A stretch of DNA of 63,148 nt, filler included, from Octopus bimaculoides (Eukaryota): NCBI RefSeq assembly GCF_001194135.2. It is 6 parts of 6 records of this genome, joined end to end, with 100 filler letters (N's around TTAATTAATTAA, not from the genome) between each part and the next. Parts side by side here need not be neighbours in the genome. Positions count along the whole stretch, not along the records: positions 13,573 to 20,250 come from NC_069003.1; positions 20,351 to 35,414 come from NC_069001.1; 4 more parts are not named here. One strand, 5' to 3'. The position numbers were made by a program, and so were the translations under genes. The notes under the pieces are model-generated. The model saw only the letters and a program-made list of their open reading frames with translations, had not been told where the DNA came from and made no database searches. This document shows, piece by piece, positions 13,517-26,060 of the stretch (positions within the stretch are counted from its first letter, which is position 1; each line of letters starts with the position of its first letter).

Positions 13517-13528
13517 TTAATTAATTAA
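13517..13528. other. Assembly spacer TTAATTAATTAA inside N gap (also 20295, 35459, 38597, 46861)
   Basis: Identical 12-mer embedded between N-runs at five sites; contains stops in all six frames. Confidence 0.95.
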
Positions 13529-13902
13529 NNNNNNNNNNNNNNNNNNNNNNNNNNNNNNNNNNNNNNNNNNNNGAATGTTGGTTACTATTGATATTAAATC
13601 TTAAAATTTTCAGTTAAAATATTCAAATGTAGAATAATAGTTTTGGACATTCCATTTCGTTAACCTATTATCATTTTGCCTTCTTAGTCTGGGTTTTGAA
13701 CAGAAATATTCCTTCATAACAAAACAAAATATGTTTTCAAATGTAGAATTTATTAAGTCATCAGTTGTAAAGAGCCATTCTGTATTACTAGAAAAGAGAA
13801 ACTTTTACAAGAATGAATTCTCTAATTCCTCACCTGAAACAGTAGCAATTTCTGCAGCAACATGAAGTGCAGGTGCTTTCCTGTAAGCACATAAGTACTC
13901 AC

Positions 13903-14154
13903 ATGGGGCACCATTGATTAAAATTTTTTCAATTAACAAATCAATGTCTGTAGGAATATCTAAAGAGTAGTCTTGCAATATTTCCACCAAAGTTAGATCA
14001 GATGTGTCTTCATAACATGCCAAATGACTGAAGGGTGAGAGAGATGGAAAACCCAACAATAAAAGTATGAGCACATGCCAATCTCGAATCTTGTGGAAAT
14101 GCTGCAAACTCTTCTGTGGCAAAGCCACTTCTCCTCTTTCAATGTTAAAAGTAC
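13903..14154 (-). CDS. Putative exon D of unidentified minus-strand gene
   Basis: Acceptor TCTCTCTTTCTCACAG; open frame GTFNIERGEVALPQKSLQHFHKIRDWHVLILLLLGF..IEKILINGAP; donor GTGAGT at 13902 (alternative GTGAGG at 13833). Confidence 0.55.
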
Positions 14155-14274
14155 CTGTGAGAAAGAGAGAGACAAAATCAAAATACAGACGCAACATTAT
14201 TAATCTCTCCCAAATCTCCAAAGTTTATACAAATTAGGACAGAGTTCTATTTTCATTGCAGGTCAGGACAAATT

Positions 14275-14470
14275 TTGACACAAGGCCAGCAATTCTGAGG
14301 GAAGGATAAGTCGATTACATAAACCCAAGTGAACAACTGGTACTTATTTAATCGACCCCAAAAGGATGAAAGGTAAAGCTGACCTTGGTGGCATTTGAAC
14401 TCAGAAAGTAAAGCCAGACAAAATACTGCTAAGCATTTTGCCAAGCAGTCTAACAATTCGGTCAGCTTGC
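14275..14470 (-). mobile_element. SINE family A (intronic)
   Basis: Reverse complement of family A consensus (TTTGAACTCAGA, CGACCCCAAAAGGATGAAAGG). Confidence 0.85.
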
Positions 14471-14500
14471 TGTCTTTTAATAATATTAAGAGAAAATTAC

Positions 14501-14578
14501 CCCTGTGTTCCTGACAGTAAACATGGGGCATTTTGAATGTAATGTAGAGTACTGCAGCAACAAGAGACACTATAAAGC
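14501..14578 (-). CDS. Putative exon C (78 nt, phase 1-1)
   Basis: AG acceptor at 14579-80, GTAATT donor at 14500; encodes GFIVSLVAAVLYITFKMPHVYCQEHR; phase-compatible with exons B and D. Confidence 0.4.
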
Positions 14579-15176
14579 CTATAATGGATTAAATTCTCTA
14601 AGATGGAGATTGAAAACAAGAGCAGAGACATATAAAGTTGGTAGTCTTTATTCTTCAGATATCTACAAGTGTAATATTTCCTTAGTTTCAGCTAGTAACA
14701 TAAAGAGTTCTGTTTGCAAGTAAAAGTGGATTCCATACAGAACAATCCATGGATAATATAGTTTACTCCAACTGTCAACTACAGCAGGAATAGAAGACTG
14801 GGTTAATAATGGGAGTTGATGAGGCCCTTGTTTTTGTCTTTGATATTTTGTTTCCTTTCTTTCCAGCATCTTGATGAATGTAGGATAATTATGAACATCA
14901 TTGAAATAATTGATTTAATAGACAAACTTAAGGTTTTAAGCCTAAATTCCATTTAAAAGATAAAGCTAAGTTTTCAATAGGCAAAGAGAGGAGACGGCGG
15001 GTTTTCATGTCTTGAGTGAGCCATTGCCAATCAGTGAAATGGAGGAGGAAGAGGTAATGGTTAATGCAGCAGTATCCCACATGTGAGAGCAGGACTGTTG
15101 CCCTGATTTGTCTTTAGAAACCTTATCTTATCTCCCAAATTGATCAAATGCTGCCACACCTGGGCAAATTACTTAC

Positions 15177-15321
15177 CTGGCCTTAGTAGATCTAAGGCAA
15201 CAAATGTGTGGAATGTTTCACGTTGCTTTTCTGGTGGCAGATATGGATAAATACTCAACAAACAATGCAAAGTTTGTTCAGCACCTTTTTCCTTTGTCAT
15301 CGCAATAGCTTTATGCAGGCT
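15177..15321 (-). CDS. Putative exon B (145 nt)
   Basis: Acceptor TATATTTGTAG, perfect donor CAG|GTAAGT; single open frame SLHKAIAMTKEKGAEQTLHCLLSIYPYLPPEKQRETFHTFVALDLLRP. Confidence 0.6.
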
Positions 15322-15365
15322 CTACAAATATATAGTAAAAGCAATAATAATAATAATAATAATAA

Positions 15366-15395
15366 CTAGCTGGACCCGTGAAAACTTCACGGAAA
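15366..15395 (-). mobile_element. Helitron-type 3' terminus (extent of element upstream unresolved)
   Basis: Minus strand CCGTGAA-GTT-TTCACGG hairpin followed by GTCCAG-CTAG then T. Confidence 0.6.
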
Positions 15396-16651
15396 TCATA
15401 AAAAATGTAAGCATTTGTAAATTGTGTGCTGGTGCCATGAGAAATGTTTCTATATTGTGACACTTACAGTAATATCCAATATTGACTTAGGACCCAGTAT
15501 ATAGAATACAATAATTAATCATACTGCAACAGCCATGCTCAAAATGGTGTATTTTATGTGCCACCCGCACAAGAGCCAGTCCAGGGGCACTGGCAACGAT
15601 CTCGCTCGAAAGTCCTTACACATGCCGCGGGCACAAGTGCCAGAAAGGCATCGCTGGGCACAGATGCCATCACAATTTCACTTTCGCTTGCCCCAATAAG
15701 TCTTCGCAAACTGAGTTTCGTGTCCAATGAGGGAGACTATGTTGGCATGGGTGCCAGTCGTCAAATTTAACTCGATTTCGATTTCACTTGCCTCAACAGG
15801 TCTTCGCAAGTGCAAGTTTAGTGTCCAATTTGACTCGATTTTGATAAGAGAAATATCACATAAAAAATAAAATATGTCTGAAATTCAAGAATGCTTGAAA
15901 CAAACATTTCTAATGAAATTACAAAGAATCCATCGTTATAGAAATTCAGGGGGAAAACAAAGGCACATCAAACGTCTGCCATCAGCTTCAAAATTCTGAT
16001 TATCACCAACTCCAATCTTTAAACCTTCTTCAACTTGCAATAAATAGAAACAAGATGAAAGATTATAACTATTTACTCACGTTAGTGTTAGTATAAGGTG
16101 AAACCGATCTTGTGTAAGTCATGATTTCAATTAAAAGCCTTTCTAGACCAGATATCTCTACAAAAAAATAGATAAATAAAAGGCAATTATTATTAATTTA
16201 GAGGTTTTCATATAATGTTTAATTGATAAACTTACATGTGGTGCCCTCTGGCTATAACTATCAATACAAGGGAGATAACCATCCCCTAACATCAGTGATT
16301 AGGAATATGAATTTGAAATTAAGGAAAACCAAGATGCATAGAGTTCATATATTTAATTTTTTTTCTCTGTTACAAAGTTTTTACAATTTCTAGTTGGTGG
16401 TAATCATGTATAAGCACTATTTCATTCTTTCTAAAAATCAGCAGCATGATCTAACTTGTTACTAATTAGTTACAAAGAGAGACATTTCATTAAAATTAAA
16501 GATGAAATTGATTAGTCTTTTTTTATTGGCTGTAAATACCATCTGCGTAATTTGACAATGGGGTTTCATGACAGAGTCACTAACGGGAAGGTGTTTATTT
16601 GAAATGTGTACATGTACAATTGACACAGTCTCATTTTGGTGCTAGTATAGT

Positions 16652-17390
16652 ATGCAGTCTACCACGTTGTCAAACAGTATAACCAGGGTTATCTACCTCA
16701 AATATTCAGTTAATAAAGGAAACCAATTTTTCCATTATATGAACGCTAACAACAAATTAAACTACAAGCTGAACCTGAGTGAGATTTTAGAACTAATATT
16801 TTTCTTTGTCATGGATATACCCAAAACCACAGTAGTGACTCTAACAGGAAAATCTAAAAATACAATAACTGACTGGTACAATATGTGCAACGAGGTGTGT
16901 GGGGCCATCGTTTATCATGAAAGACGAGGGAAGATGGTTGGAACAAACGATAACCCCATTCAGACTGATGAAGCAAGATTTGTTGGTTGACAAAAATACA
17001 ATTGAGGAAGAATGCTGAATGGCAACAACGCCCCTCTCCTCGAAGACAGTGATGCAGAAGAACGAAACAACAGGAACCATGGACGTAGAATTGATGGGCT
17101 GTGGGTTTTTGGTCTCAAACAAGGCTCAGACTGTCGATATTTTTGTGTGGAATGGCATGACGGGAACGGTCTGATCCTAATTATTGAAAGAGAATGTGGA
17201 AAAGGTTCAGTTATTTATTCAAATGAGTGGCCCGCTTATAATAATTTAAATACCATGGGTTATCACCATCTGACAGGGGAACCATCAACAACATTATGTG
17301 GATCCAGTGACCGGAGCACACACACTCAGGCCATTGAGCGATCATGGTCAGATGCTAAAACTATGATTCTGAAAAAAAAAAAAAAATGAT
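16652..17390 (+). pseudogene. Merlin (IS1595/ISXO2-like) DDE transposase, disrupted
   Basis: IQTDEARFVG*QKYN*GR, GLWVFG, GSVIYSNEWPAYNNL..GYHH, HTQAIERSW; in-frame stops and frameshift; TIRs not identified. Confidence 0.9.
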
Positions 17391-17795
17391 CTCTGAAATA
17401 TCTGAAGTGTTTTACCTTGATGTCCATGTTCCATGCTGGCATCGGTCAGACCATTTGACAGGAACTGACAATCCAAAGAACTACCTTGTTCTCTCAGTGT
17501 CTCCTTAACATGGTCTGTATGGCCAGATGCTCTTCTTAACCACAACTACTTACACCATGTATTGAGTACCTTTTTCATGCCACCAGCACTGAAACCAATT
17601 CCTGTCAATAATTCCTCCCAAACTTTATCCATATCCTCCCTCACCTACCTCCCACTCTCTTCCCTATGTCTACTCCCCCCTCCTCTCACTATCACATTCT
17701 TCATTTTCCTTACTCATCTCTCCCTCATCCTCCTCTCTCTCCTGTCTCTTGCCTCCCCCCTCCCATTAAAACAATACACACACACAGAAACAAAC

Positions 17796-18206
17796 CTAGA
17801 TCTTCAGCACAAAATGCCATCTTTGTCAATTTGTCCTGATTCACTTCCAGTTATCTGTTGCTATGGCAACTGCTCAAGTCTTCTGCTTTCTCTTCTTACA
17901 ATCTTTGCTGTCCCTTCAATTGGTAGGGTTGTGACTCCTCTCTAGCTGTTCGGTTGTCGTGGTGGTGGTTGGCGGCGGTGGTGGTGTTAATGCTAAGACT
18001 GCATTTGTTGTTGTTACAGTTGTTATTGTTGATAAATGCTGTGGTTAAAGTTGCTGCTGCTGATGACAGCTTTTGTTGTTGATGGTGATGAGACTAATGT
18101 CAGTGTTTGTGTTGATGTTGAGTCTTGTTGATTGTTGTTGCTGATTGTGTTGTTGTTGTTGGTATTTAGAATGTAGCTTTTCTCAGTTTCAAAAGGTCCC
18201 CGTTTC
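17796..18206 (-). pseudogene. Putative exon A: low-complexity S/T/N/P-rich, contains stops or frameshifts
   Basis: Acceptor TTTTGTCTTTCAAG, donor CTAG|GTTTGT; no frame is fully open. Confidence 0.35.
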
Positions 18207-18329
18207 CTTGAAAGACAAAATCCAAAATATAGATTATACATAGCATTTATCTTTTATAAATAGCACAAAGGGCAAAAATTTGTTCCATTCTGAGTTCAAA
18301 TCCTACCAAGATCAACTTCGCCTTTCATC

Positions 18330-18682
18330 TCAGTCAAGGTCAGGGATTGATGAAATTGATGAAATTGATGGGAGTGACCATCTCCTCAAACTTGCTGTGT
18401 GTGTAGGTTGAATGCCTGGGAGGGTACAAATAAAAGGAGGTCAAGTAAAATCACAGTCGTGGCAGATACCAGTGACACACAAATGGCACCCGTGCCAGTG
18501 GCACATAAAAGCATCCATTACACTCTCAGAGTGGTTGGCATTAGGAAGGGCATCCAGCTGTAGAAACAATGCCAAATCAGATTGGGGTCTGGTGCTTCCA
18601 GCTTGCCAGCCCTGGTCAAACTGTCCAACCCATACCAGCTTGGACAACGGATGCTAAATGATGGTGATGATGATGATGATTC
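18330..18682 (+). mobile_element. SINE family D with (GAT)n tail
   Basis: GAGTGGTTGGCATTAGGAAGGGCATCCAGCTGTAGAAAC..TAAATGATGGTGATGAT; second copy at 37920-38070. Confidence 0.8.
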
Positions 18683-19147
18683 TGGTAATTTTTTGCATTA
18701 CATGCCTGTTCCAACATTTCTCACGACTTTATTTATTAAAACATCCATCACTCAATGCTTCTTTAAACCTCTGTGACATTTTTCTAAAAATTTTCTGGAA
18801 CAAGTGAATAAGAACAGAAGATTCAGCATGAAAAAATTACCTCAATTTACCAAATTGGAAAATTTCAAAAAGTGAAGCCAAGCAGAAGAGATTCTAGGAT
18901 CATAATCTCTCTGTTTTTCCATTTGGATTTAATAGGACACAAAAATGTGAAAAAGTTAAAACAATAATAATAAAGGGTCAGGATGTATATTTTTCATTCA
19001 TCGGAGCCACACAGATCAAGGACAGGCTTCTGTACAGTTTCCCCTCTACAAGATTTTGGTCAGCAACCTTCTTCATCCCACAGCTATGTCTGCGACTATG
19101 TGTGCAGGATTCTTTAAGAATGGTTTGTATAGCAGGGGAGGGGGGAA

Positions 19148-19583
19148 ACATTTGGTCAATGTTTGCAATATTACCCAGAAACAAAATTTTTAAAAAATAG
19201 TGCAACAGGTGTAAAAAAATGTGTAGGAAACGAATATGAAAAAACGCATGGAAAGGAGTGGGGAGAGGACTTTGGAAAATTCACAAGATTCGATTTTCCC
19301 CACAAATTTCTTTATAATCGTAATCTATGCTGTTTGAAAGGTATTTATATAAAATTTCATTTAAAAAAAAAAAAAAAAAACCCTTTTCCTAAAAGTTATG
19401 AGGGGAAAACTCGGATCTTGTGAATTTTCCTAAACCCTCTCCCCCATCCCCACCCTCATTGCTTCCCGCGCATTTTCTTTTCATATTCGTTTCCTACACA
19501 TTTTTTTTTTTACACCTGTTGCACTATTTTTTAAAAATTTTATTTCGTTTCTGGGTACTGTAAACATTAACCAAATTTTGTTT
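19148..19583. mobile_element. Foldback / MITE-like element with ~160-bp imperfect inverted arms
   Basis: TTTTAAAAAATAGTGCAACAGGTGTAAAAAAATGTGTAGGAAACGAATATGAAAA and GGAAAATTCACAAGAT are reverse-complemented in ~19400-19583. Confidence 0.85.
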
Positions 19584-20451
19584 ACATTTAAAAACGGTCA
19601 TGTCACTTCCTGAAAATTTTAAATAATTTCTGTTGGGTCTGGGGAGAGTCATTTTCTTATTGTGCCTTAAAATTTAACCCGCACACACCGTTAAAATTTC
19701 CACTTATTTCTTATTTTTATTTTCCTCGTCTTGCAACCTTTTCAAGAGTCTTCACTCTCTCCGTTATTTACGCGGCCTTCTGTTTTGCTTTTGTTTTTGC
19801 GCACGTGTGTCTCAGTGTGTGTGTATGTATGCATGCATGTATGTATATATGTCTGTGTGTATGTATATATGTCTGTTTTGGCCACTTTCCACTGAAAGCC
19901 CATCATGCCATGTGTGACTGTGTGACATTGAGTTTGTTCTGCTCACCAGAGTGGAACAAAAACATGCATTCATGACTGGGTGTCATATACTAAATACCAA
20001 AACACCGTGCCGGGGGGGAGGGGGACACTTTTTTCTATTGAGGTCTTATAGTCAATACACGGTGATTACTCATAAGCTTTAAACTAATACAAAAAACATT
20101 TATCATTTTCAGAATTGGGTGGACATTGGAATTAGACACTGAGGGAAAATGGCTGTAACTTTTTTATTTTTTAATTTTGACGATTTTCGTTTTCGATAAT
20201 GTGTTCTATATGTCACGGTCATGCGATTCCCCCTAAAAAAAATTTTGGACNNNNNNNNNNNNNNNNNNNNNNNNNNNNNNNNNNNNNNNNNNNNTTAATT
20301 AATTAANNNNNNNNNNNNNNNNNNNNNNNNNNNNNNNNNNNNNNNNNNNNGTTTTTTTTTTCTGCTTTGTTTTCGACCCCCTCGAAAAGAAAAACTCTAC
20401 ATTTGTATTTTGTCCACTCTGTGTTGAGCCCTGTGTGGCTAATAAAGAAAC

Positions 20452-20491
<40 letters not shown>

Positions 20492-20789
20492 ACTAGGATA
20501 TTATCTTATTTTTCTTAACATGAAACCAATGGTAGCCTTAATTCACAAATAAAGAATTTTTATCCACCAATGCGGTGTTGAGCACTCGTTTTCATCGTTC
20601 AACATTTAAGTATATATATATATATGTGTGTGTAGTGCATGCATGACTGTGTCTCTTGCATGCGCAAGATATCTATCAAGTGTATTTAAGTACTGTGAAT
20701 TATCCGTTCAACATCGTATAGGTTTTCATATATGATTAGACAAAAGAGAATCAGATAGAATAACAAAGCAACGATATACAGCGTACTGT

Positions 20790-21106
20790 TATGTCTTGTT
20801 TGAGCAAAGCCAGAGTGTTGGAAAAACCAATGATACCAATGGAATACTGTAAAATGTATTATTTAGCATCATAAGAAATTTAGTTAATAGATCTTTTCAT
20901 CTGTTACTATTTTACTTCGATTGATGAGATGATTCTATGTACGATTGTATTGCATGTACAATTATGTGAGAATGTGTCTGTGGGTGTATGTAAATATGTG
21001 TAGGAAAATGCCGACAGAATATTCAAAATTCTCGATAAAGTAGTCTTAAATTTGTCAGCAAGTTACTTTCCAAAATGTGTTCTCACGGACTAACGTTCTC
21101 ACTGTT

Positions 21107-21144
<38 letters not shown>

Positions 21145-22260
21145 TGAAAAGGAAGGCAAGTATGTGTTTTGCACAAATGCATGTGTATAAAAACATGTAG
21201 TATATGTTATATGCATTTTGTACATTTATTCGTCATATGGACCTGACAAAACGTCTCCGGAGGAATAGCATTCTTTAAAAATATCAATGTAAATTTATTG
21301 GTTTCAAGTATCGAATGACATGAATATGAAAAAATACTAAAGAGAGGAAATGAAATGACCAGTCTTTTATTTCTTGTGTCTATCTCAGACGGACTGATCA
21401 ATTCCATTTCGCAAGAGGAATATTAAAACACTTCTATGAAAGACTTAAACTGACAATAAGATAAAAAAGAAAGATGGAGAAAAAAATTGCAAAACTATAA
21501 TGAAAGTAAAATAAAGCAAGTCAAGATAATTTTGACAAAAATGTCGTAAATATCATATATGTATGTACGTGTGTATGTAGTATGTATGTATGCATGTCTG
21601 TATGTATGTATGCATGCCTGTATGTATGTATGTATGTATGTATGTATTATGTATGTATGTATGTGTGTATATATGTATATCTATATACGTATATACATAC
21701 ATATATATACGTATATATATACTGTATATATATATGTATATAAAACATGATAACGTAACAGTCTATTTGTTGTGATGAATGATGAAGTAGTTTAATCGAA
21801 TAACTCTATAGGAGTGTGAAAGCATTCACTTGTTCTAGATGAGTTAGATTATTCGAGGAAGTTATTTCCACTTTCTACACAAGTGGAGTCTGATTATTGC
21901 AGTTATTGTAATAGCTTCTTTCTCGTTCATTAGAATTTATAGACTGGAATGTCACATTTAGTAAGGAATTACAAGAAGCATTATTCTGCTTTAATGCATT
22001 TTATGCTAATTTCTTTCACTTGCTCCACGCTTAAACGCTTCACAGATTGGATTGTAGTTAAGATGATAGGTAGGAATGAGACCGCAACCTGCATTAGACT
22101 TCGCCTTTTGATGAACAATCAGCTTTCGCCTGATGTCAGTCTTATTCAATACAAGTTCCTTCAATATGTGTAGACTTTCGCCTCAGTTTGAAAGGTTTGT
22201 GCTTACACCAGAAAAATGAATAGCGATTGGCAAAGTGGCAGAAAGCGAGATGAAATTAAG
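20790..22260 (+). pseudogene. Possible decayed NACHT/STAND NTPase remnant
   Basis: VLFEQSQSVGKT (Walker A-like, 20817-20828) and SLVLDELDY (Walker B-like, 21829-21849), followed by long semi-open frames; many stops, microsatellite interruptions, motif spacing too long. Confidence 0.3.
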
Positions 22261-22329
22261 TACATGGAAGAGTTTAATTTACAATATATCTTTTATGTTT
22301 ACCTCGTTTCATTCACTACACTGCGGCAT

Positions 22330-22635
22330 TGCTAGAGAACCGCTTTGAATAATTTTCAGGCGAATGTATTGGGCCTAGTACTTATTTCTTTAAGGCTTGG
22401 TACTTATTTTATCAGTCATTTTTGCCGACCAGCTAGATTTGGGGACGTAAACAAACAAACACCGGTTGTCAAGCGGTTGTCAAACACCCACACACGCACA
22501 CACATACGACAGGGTTTCTGTCTACCAACTCCACTCACAAGGCTTTGATCGGCTATAGTAGAAGACATTTGTCCAAGATGCCACACAGTTGTGATTGGGC
22601 AGCAAGCATCTTACCATACAGCCATGCCTGTGGCT
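22330..22635 (-). mobile_element. SINE family B (internally deleted)
   Basis: Homologous to 8262-8666. Confidence 0.85.
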
Positions 22636-24239
22636 TGTAATTAGCAAAAACCGGGAGAAAGTTAGCAAACCATTTGCAGAAGGAACCGCAGATCGTCAGT
22701 CAGGGATGTGTCTAAATATAGACTGGGAGGATTGTTTGAACTGTGTTCGTCTTGTCTACTGAAACTACACAACGCTTCTACTGCGACTGGACTTTCAATA
22801 ATTATTACATCTCTCCTTTTTACAATGCGTCAATGCCAAATGTTAGATTAGATTAGATTAACGTAACGCTAATTAGTGTAATGCAAAGATTTCCAACGAT
22901 ATTACTGTCTTTAACACTCTTTCGTTCTTCCAACACAAATTACATTTTTCTTCTACATTCGTTGTTATCAGTAATTACGTCACTAGTCTTCAGTCTGTTA
23001 TTCTCTGTGAATGTTATAAAACAGAAACAATATTGGCAATTAAGTTAGCCCTTATTTTTCGTAACTTGTATTTTGTTTAAATATATTTTAAAACAGTTTC
23101 TTTACATCATTGTAAATGTTTGCTGTTGTATTTCTTTTCGGCATTGTTCTGCATTTTGGTTATTGCTGTTCTTGTTTCTGTCAGCTCTGACGCCAGTAGC
23201 TTTTTTAAAATCCTCTGAACACAAATACTCTTCGTCTGCAGACATGGTAAACCATAACTTAAACGTCATTTAATAAATTGATTTATTGAGATATGCTAAA
23301 GCATTACTTTATAAACAGACTGAGAAAATTATATTGCGAAACTGAAGAGGATATAACGGAAGTATGCAAAATAAAAAAATACAGAAGGAAATAATGAATT
23401 ACGATACGATACATTTACATGATGTCTTCCCTTTAACTTCAAACATTTCAAAAGATAGAACGTAGTAAGATAGAAATTTAAATATGCACAGCAGTTTATA
23501 TCATTCTGAGCAATTTCAAACATCCTGCCTCTTCTCTCTCTTTTTATTGTCCACCTAAAGTAGAAGATTATACAAAAGATCTCTTCCTTGCACTGGTTTC
23601 TAATTTCTTTCACAACATCTACTCTGAAGTATCTTCCTGTTTCTATGGCTAAATTCTGTTCCTCTTCTCTTATTTTGCATTTCTTTCTCTTCAGTACTTT
23701 TATTTCTGTGCGCAGCACCTGTTTATTCTCCTTTGAAAATTTTCATTTGGTTTCGTTTCCTCTGCTAACTTGCTTTCATTCAAGCTTATAGTGTTTCTGT
23801 TTTATAAATTTTATCAATGTCTATATTATGTTAGTTGATTTTAATTTTTGAGAAGATCTAGTGAGATGTTTGAGCAATGTCAAGACATTTAAATCTTAAT
23901 GCTCTAACTATACGCTATGATCAAAGAACATCGTCGTTGTAGTATTCAATATTGTTTTATTAGTTTACACCGCCAAGTTCAATCCTTTATGCGTGCTGTC
24001 CGAAGCTGTCTACGATATATATTTTACGCTAGAAATACTAGTGACAAGTGCAAGTTAATCTGGAATATTGAGATTCGAAAAGGAATCCACGATATTAAAT
24101 CTCTTTCCTCGTATTATTTTGATATTTTACCAAGATAACGCCCTAACTAATAAATCATTGGAAATTTAGAAATATGATATGAAATAAGCTAGTTGGGCGT
24201 TCGCTTTCATTTTGGAAGAAGGGCCAGGAATTTTGGGGG

Positions 24240-24375
24240 ACGAGTAATTATTTTATCGATCTCAAAAAGATGAAGGCAAGGACGACCTTGGTAGAATTTG
24301 AACTCAAAACGTTAAGTCGGAAGAAATGCCGCTAAGCATTTCTCCAGTGTGTTAACGATTCTACCAGCTCGCTGG
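24240..24375 (-). mobile_element. SINE family A, diverged
   Basis: GAATTTGAACTCAAAACG..GCCGCTAAGCATT..TAACGATTCTACCAGCTCGC. Confidence 0.8.
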
Positions 24376-25785
24376 TATAATATTGGCTTGGCTATAATTT
24401 TACATTACTATTAAGTACACGCGCATATACATCCATACAGGACTCCTACTTAATCTAACATCTGTTTACTTTAGAACAACTCATTTTGTTAGTCCTTTCA
24501 AATGCCTATTTCTGTTTTTGTATATTTCCTCTCAATACAATCCTACTTCACATACACGTATTTGCTTTTGCCATAATCCTTTTCATATTCATCAAATGTT
24601 TGAATTGCTATTAACCAATGAAAGTGCTTTAGAAGTTACTATAAAAAATGGCTTGTTTTAGGGGAAATTGGAATTTAATTAATTATGAATATATCTCGAA
24701 ATTGTTTTTCTGAATAAGAAATTGCTAAACTGGTAATATTTATCAATATATTATGTCCACGGGGAAAAATACTGCCACTGATATTATGACATCTGAAATG
24801 TGGTGGGAAACAATAAGAAAATACAAATTTGTGTGATACACATTTTTAACTGTAAGATTCCAGCTAGGGAATATGAAAAGTAAAAAGAAAACAACGATAT
24901 TTTATAAAATATGTAATTGAACATCTAGTCAGATGGTACCAATTATAAAGAGATATGAAATATTAGCTTCAGTGTAAGTATATAGTTTTATATTAAGTAG
25001 TATGAAATAACATTAATTTTGATTTATTTAACTGTAGTGGTGATATATAAAATAATGAGGTTTACACTATTCTTATATTTATACTGCGAGAAGAATTTTA
25101 GTTAATACATATTTGTATTGCGCAACGATGTAGTAGACTGGTTTGGAGAAGTATTCGAAGAAAGTTGCTACGATACAGCATCATAATTAAGAAGAAAAAA
25201 ATATATATACATATATGTAATGAATGAGAGTAACAGAAAATGGATTTACTAAGAATCTTTAATCAGCACAACGATCGGTTCGACCCATCCTGCTTCTGTC
25301 CCCTAAGGGTGGGAAATAATACATTTAGTTGTGTTGCAGCCAACTTTTAGATTCCTGTAGAATAATCAATGCTATCTGCCTGTTGAGAGAGTAAATAGAG
25401 CAGAATGTGTCAGTGACAACTTTTCCGTGCATAGCGCCTCTACACAGAAACCTTCACAATGGTGGCAGAGAGTATTTATGTTATTGCACCCAAGACTAAC
25501 AAGTTTTGTGCCGTGATCTGACTTCGGAGTTAAAGTATATAGTTGAGCAGGCTTTAAAACCTATAACTAGATCCTAACAAAATTTGAAATAGTTTCTTTA
25601 CTTTGGGAATGCCAGATTTTGACAGAATCTTTATTTGAAATCCTGTACGTAAATTGTTTTCAGCAATTCTGGTTGTTAATCTCAAATAATTTGTGCAAAG
25701 ATTGCTTTCGAGAGTTTGGGATACTAGATGACTCAGTATGGCCGTAAATTTTCCCATAGATTTTCCCCTCTTATCTCTGTCTCTC

Positions 25786-25831
<46 letters not shown>

Positions 25832-25915
25832 GTCTGTCTCTCTGTTTCTAGTTATCTCTTTCTCTCTTTCTCTCTTTCTATATCTCTCCCTCTCTGGGGC
25901 ATCCTTTTCCGTGTA

Positions 25916-26060
25916 GTACCAACAGGTCTTGAGGCAGCTCACCCATATTTGAGTATTGGCTTGCCGTTTGACTTTACGCTGCAAAGAGTTACCAGCAGAA
26001 GAACGAGGAACTATTATCCGGACCTGTGACAGAACTCAGTTATTTCGGAAGATATTAAAA
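25916..26060 (+). pseudogene. Coding remnant, paralog 1 (two TGA stops)
   Basis: IFEYWLAV*LYAAKSYQQKNEELLSG aligns to paralog 2 with ~7 synonymous differences counted by eye. Confidence 0.55.

Noticed and set aside
17796-17900. Stops TAG/TGA in exon A rescued to Trp by A-to-I editing
   Set aside because: Chemically possible, but the exon also needs frameshifts and there is no RNA evidence; too speculative
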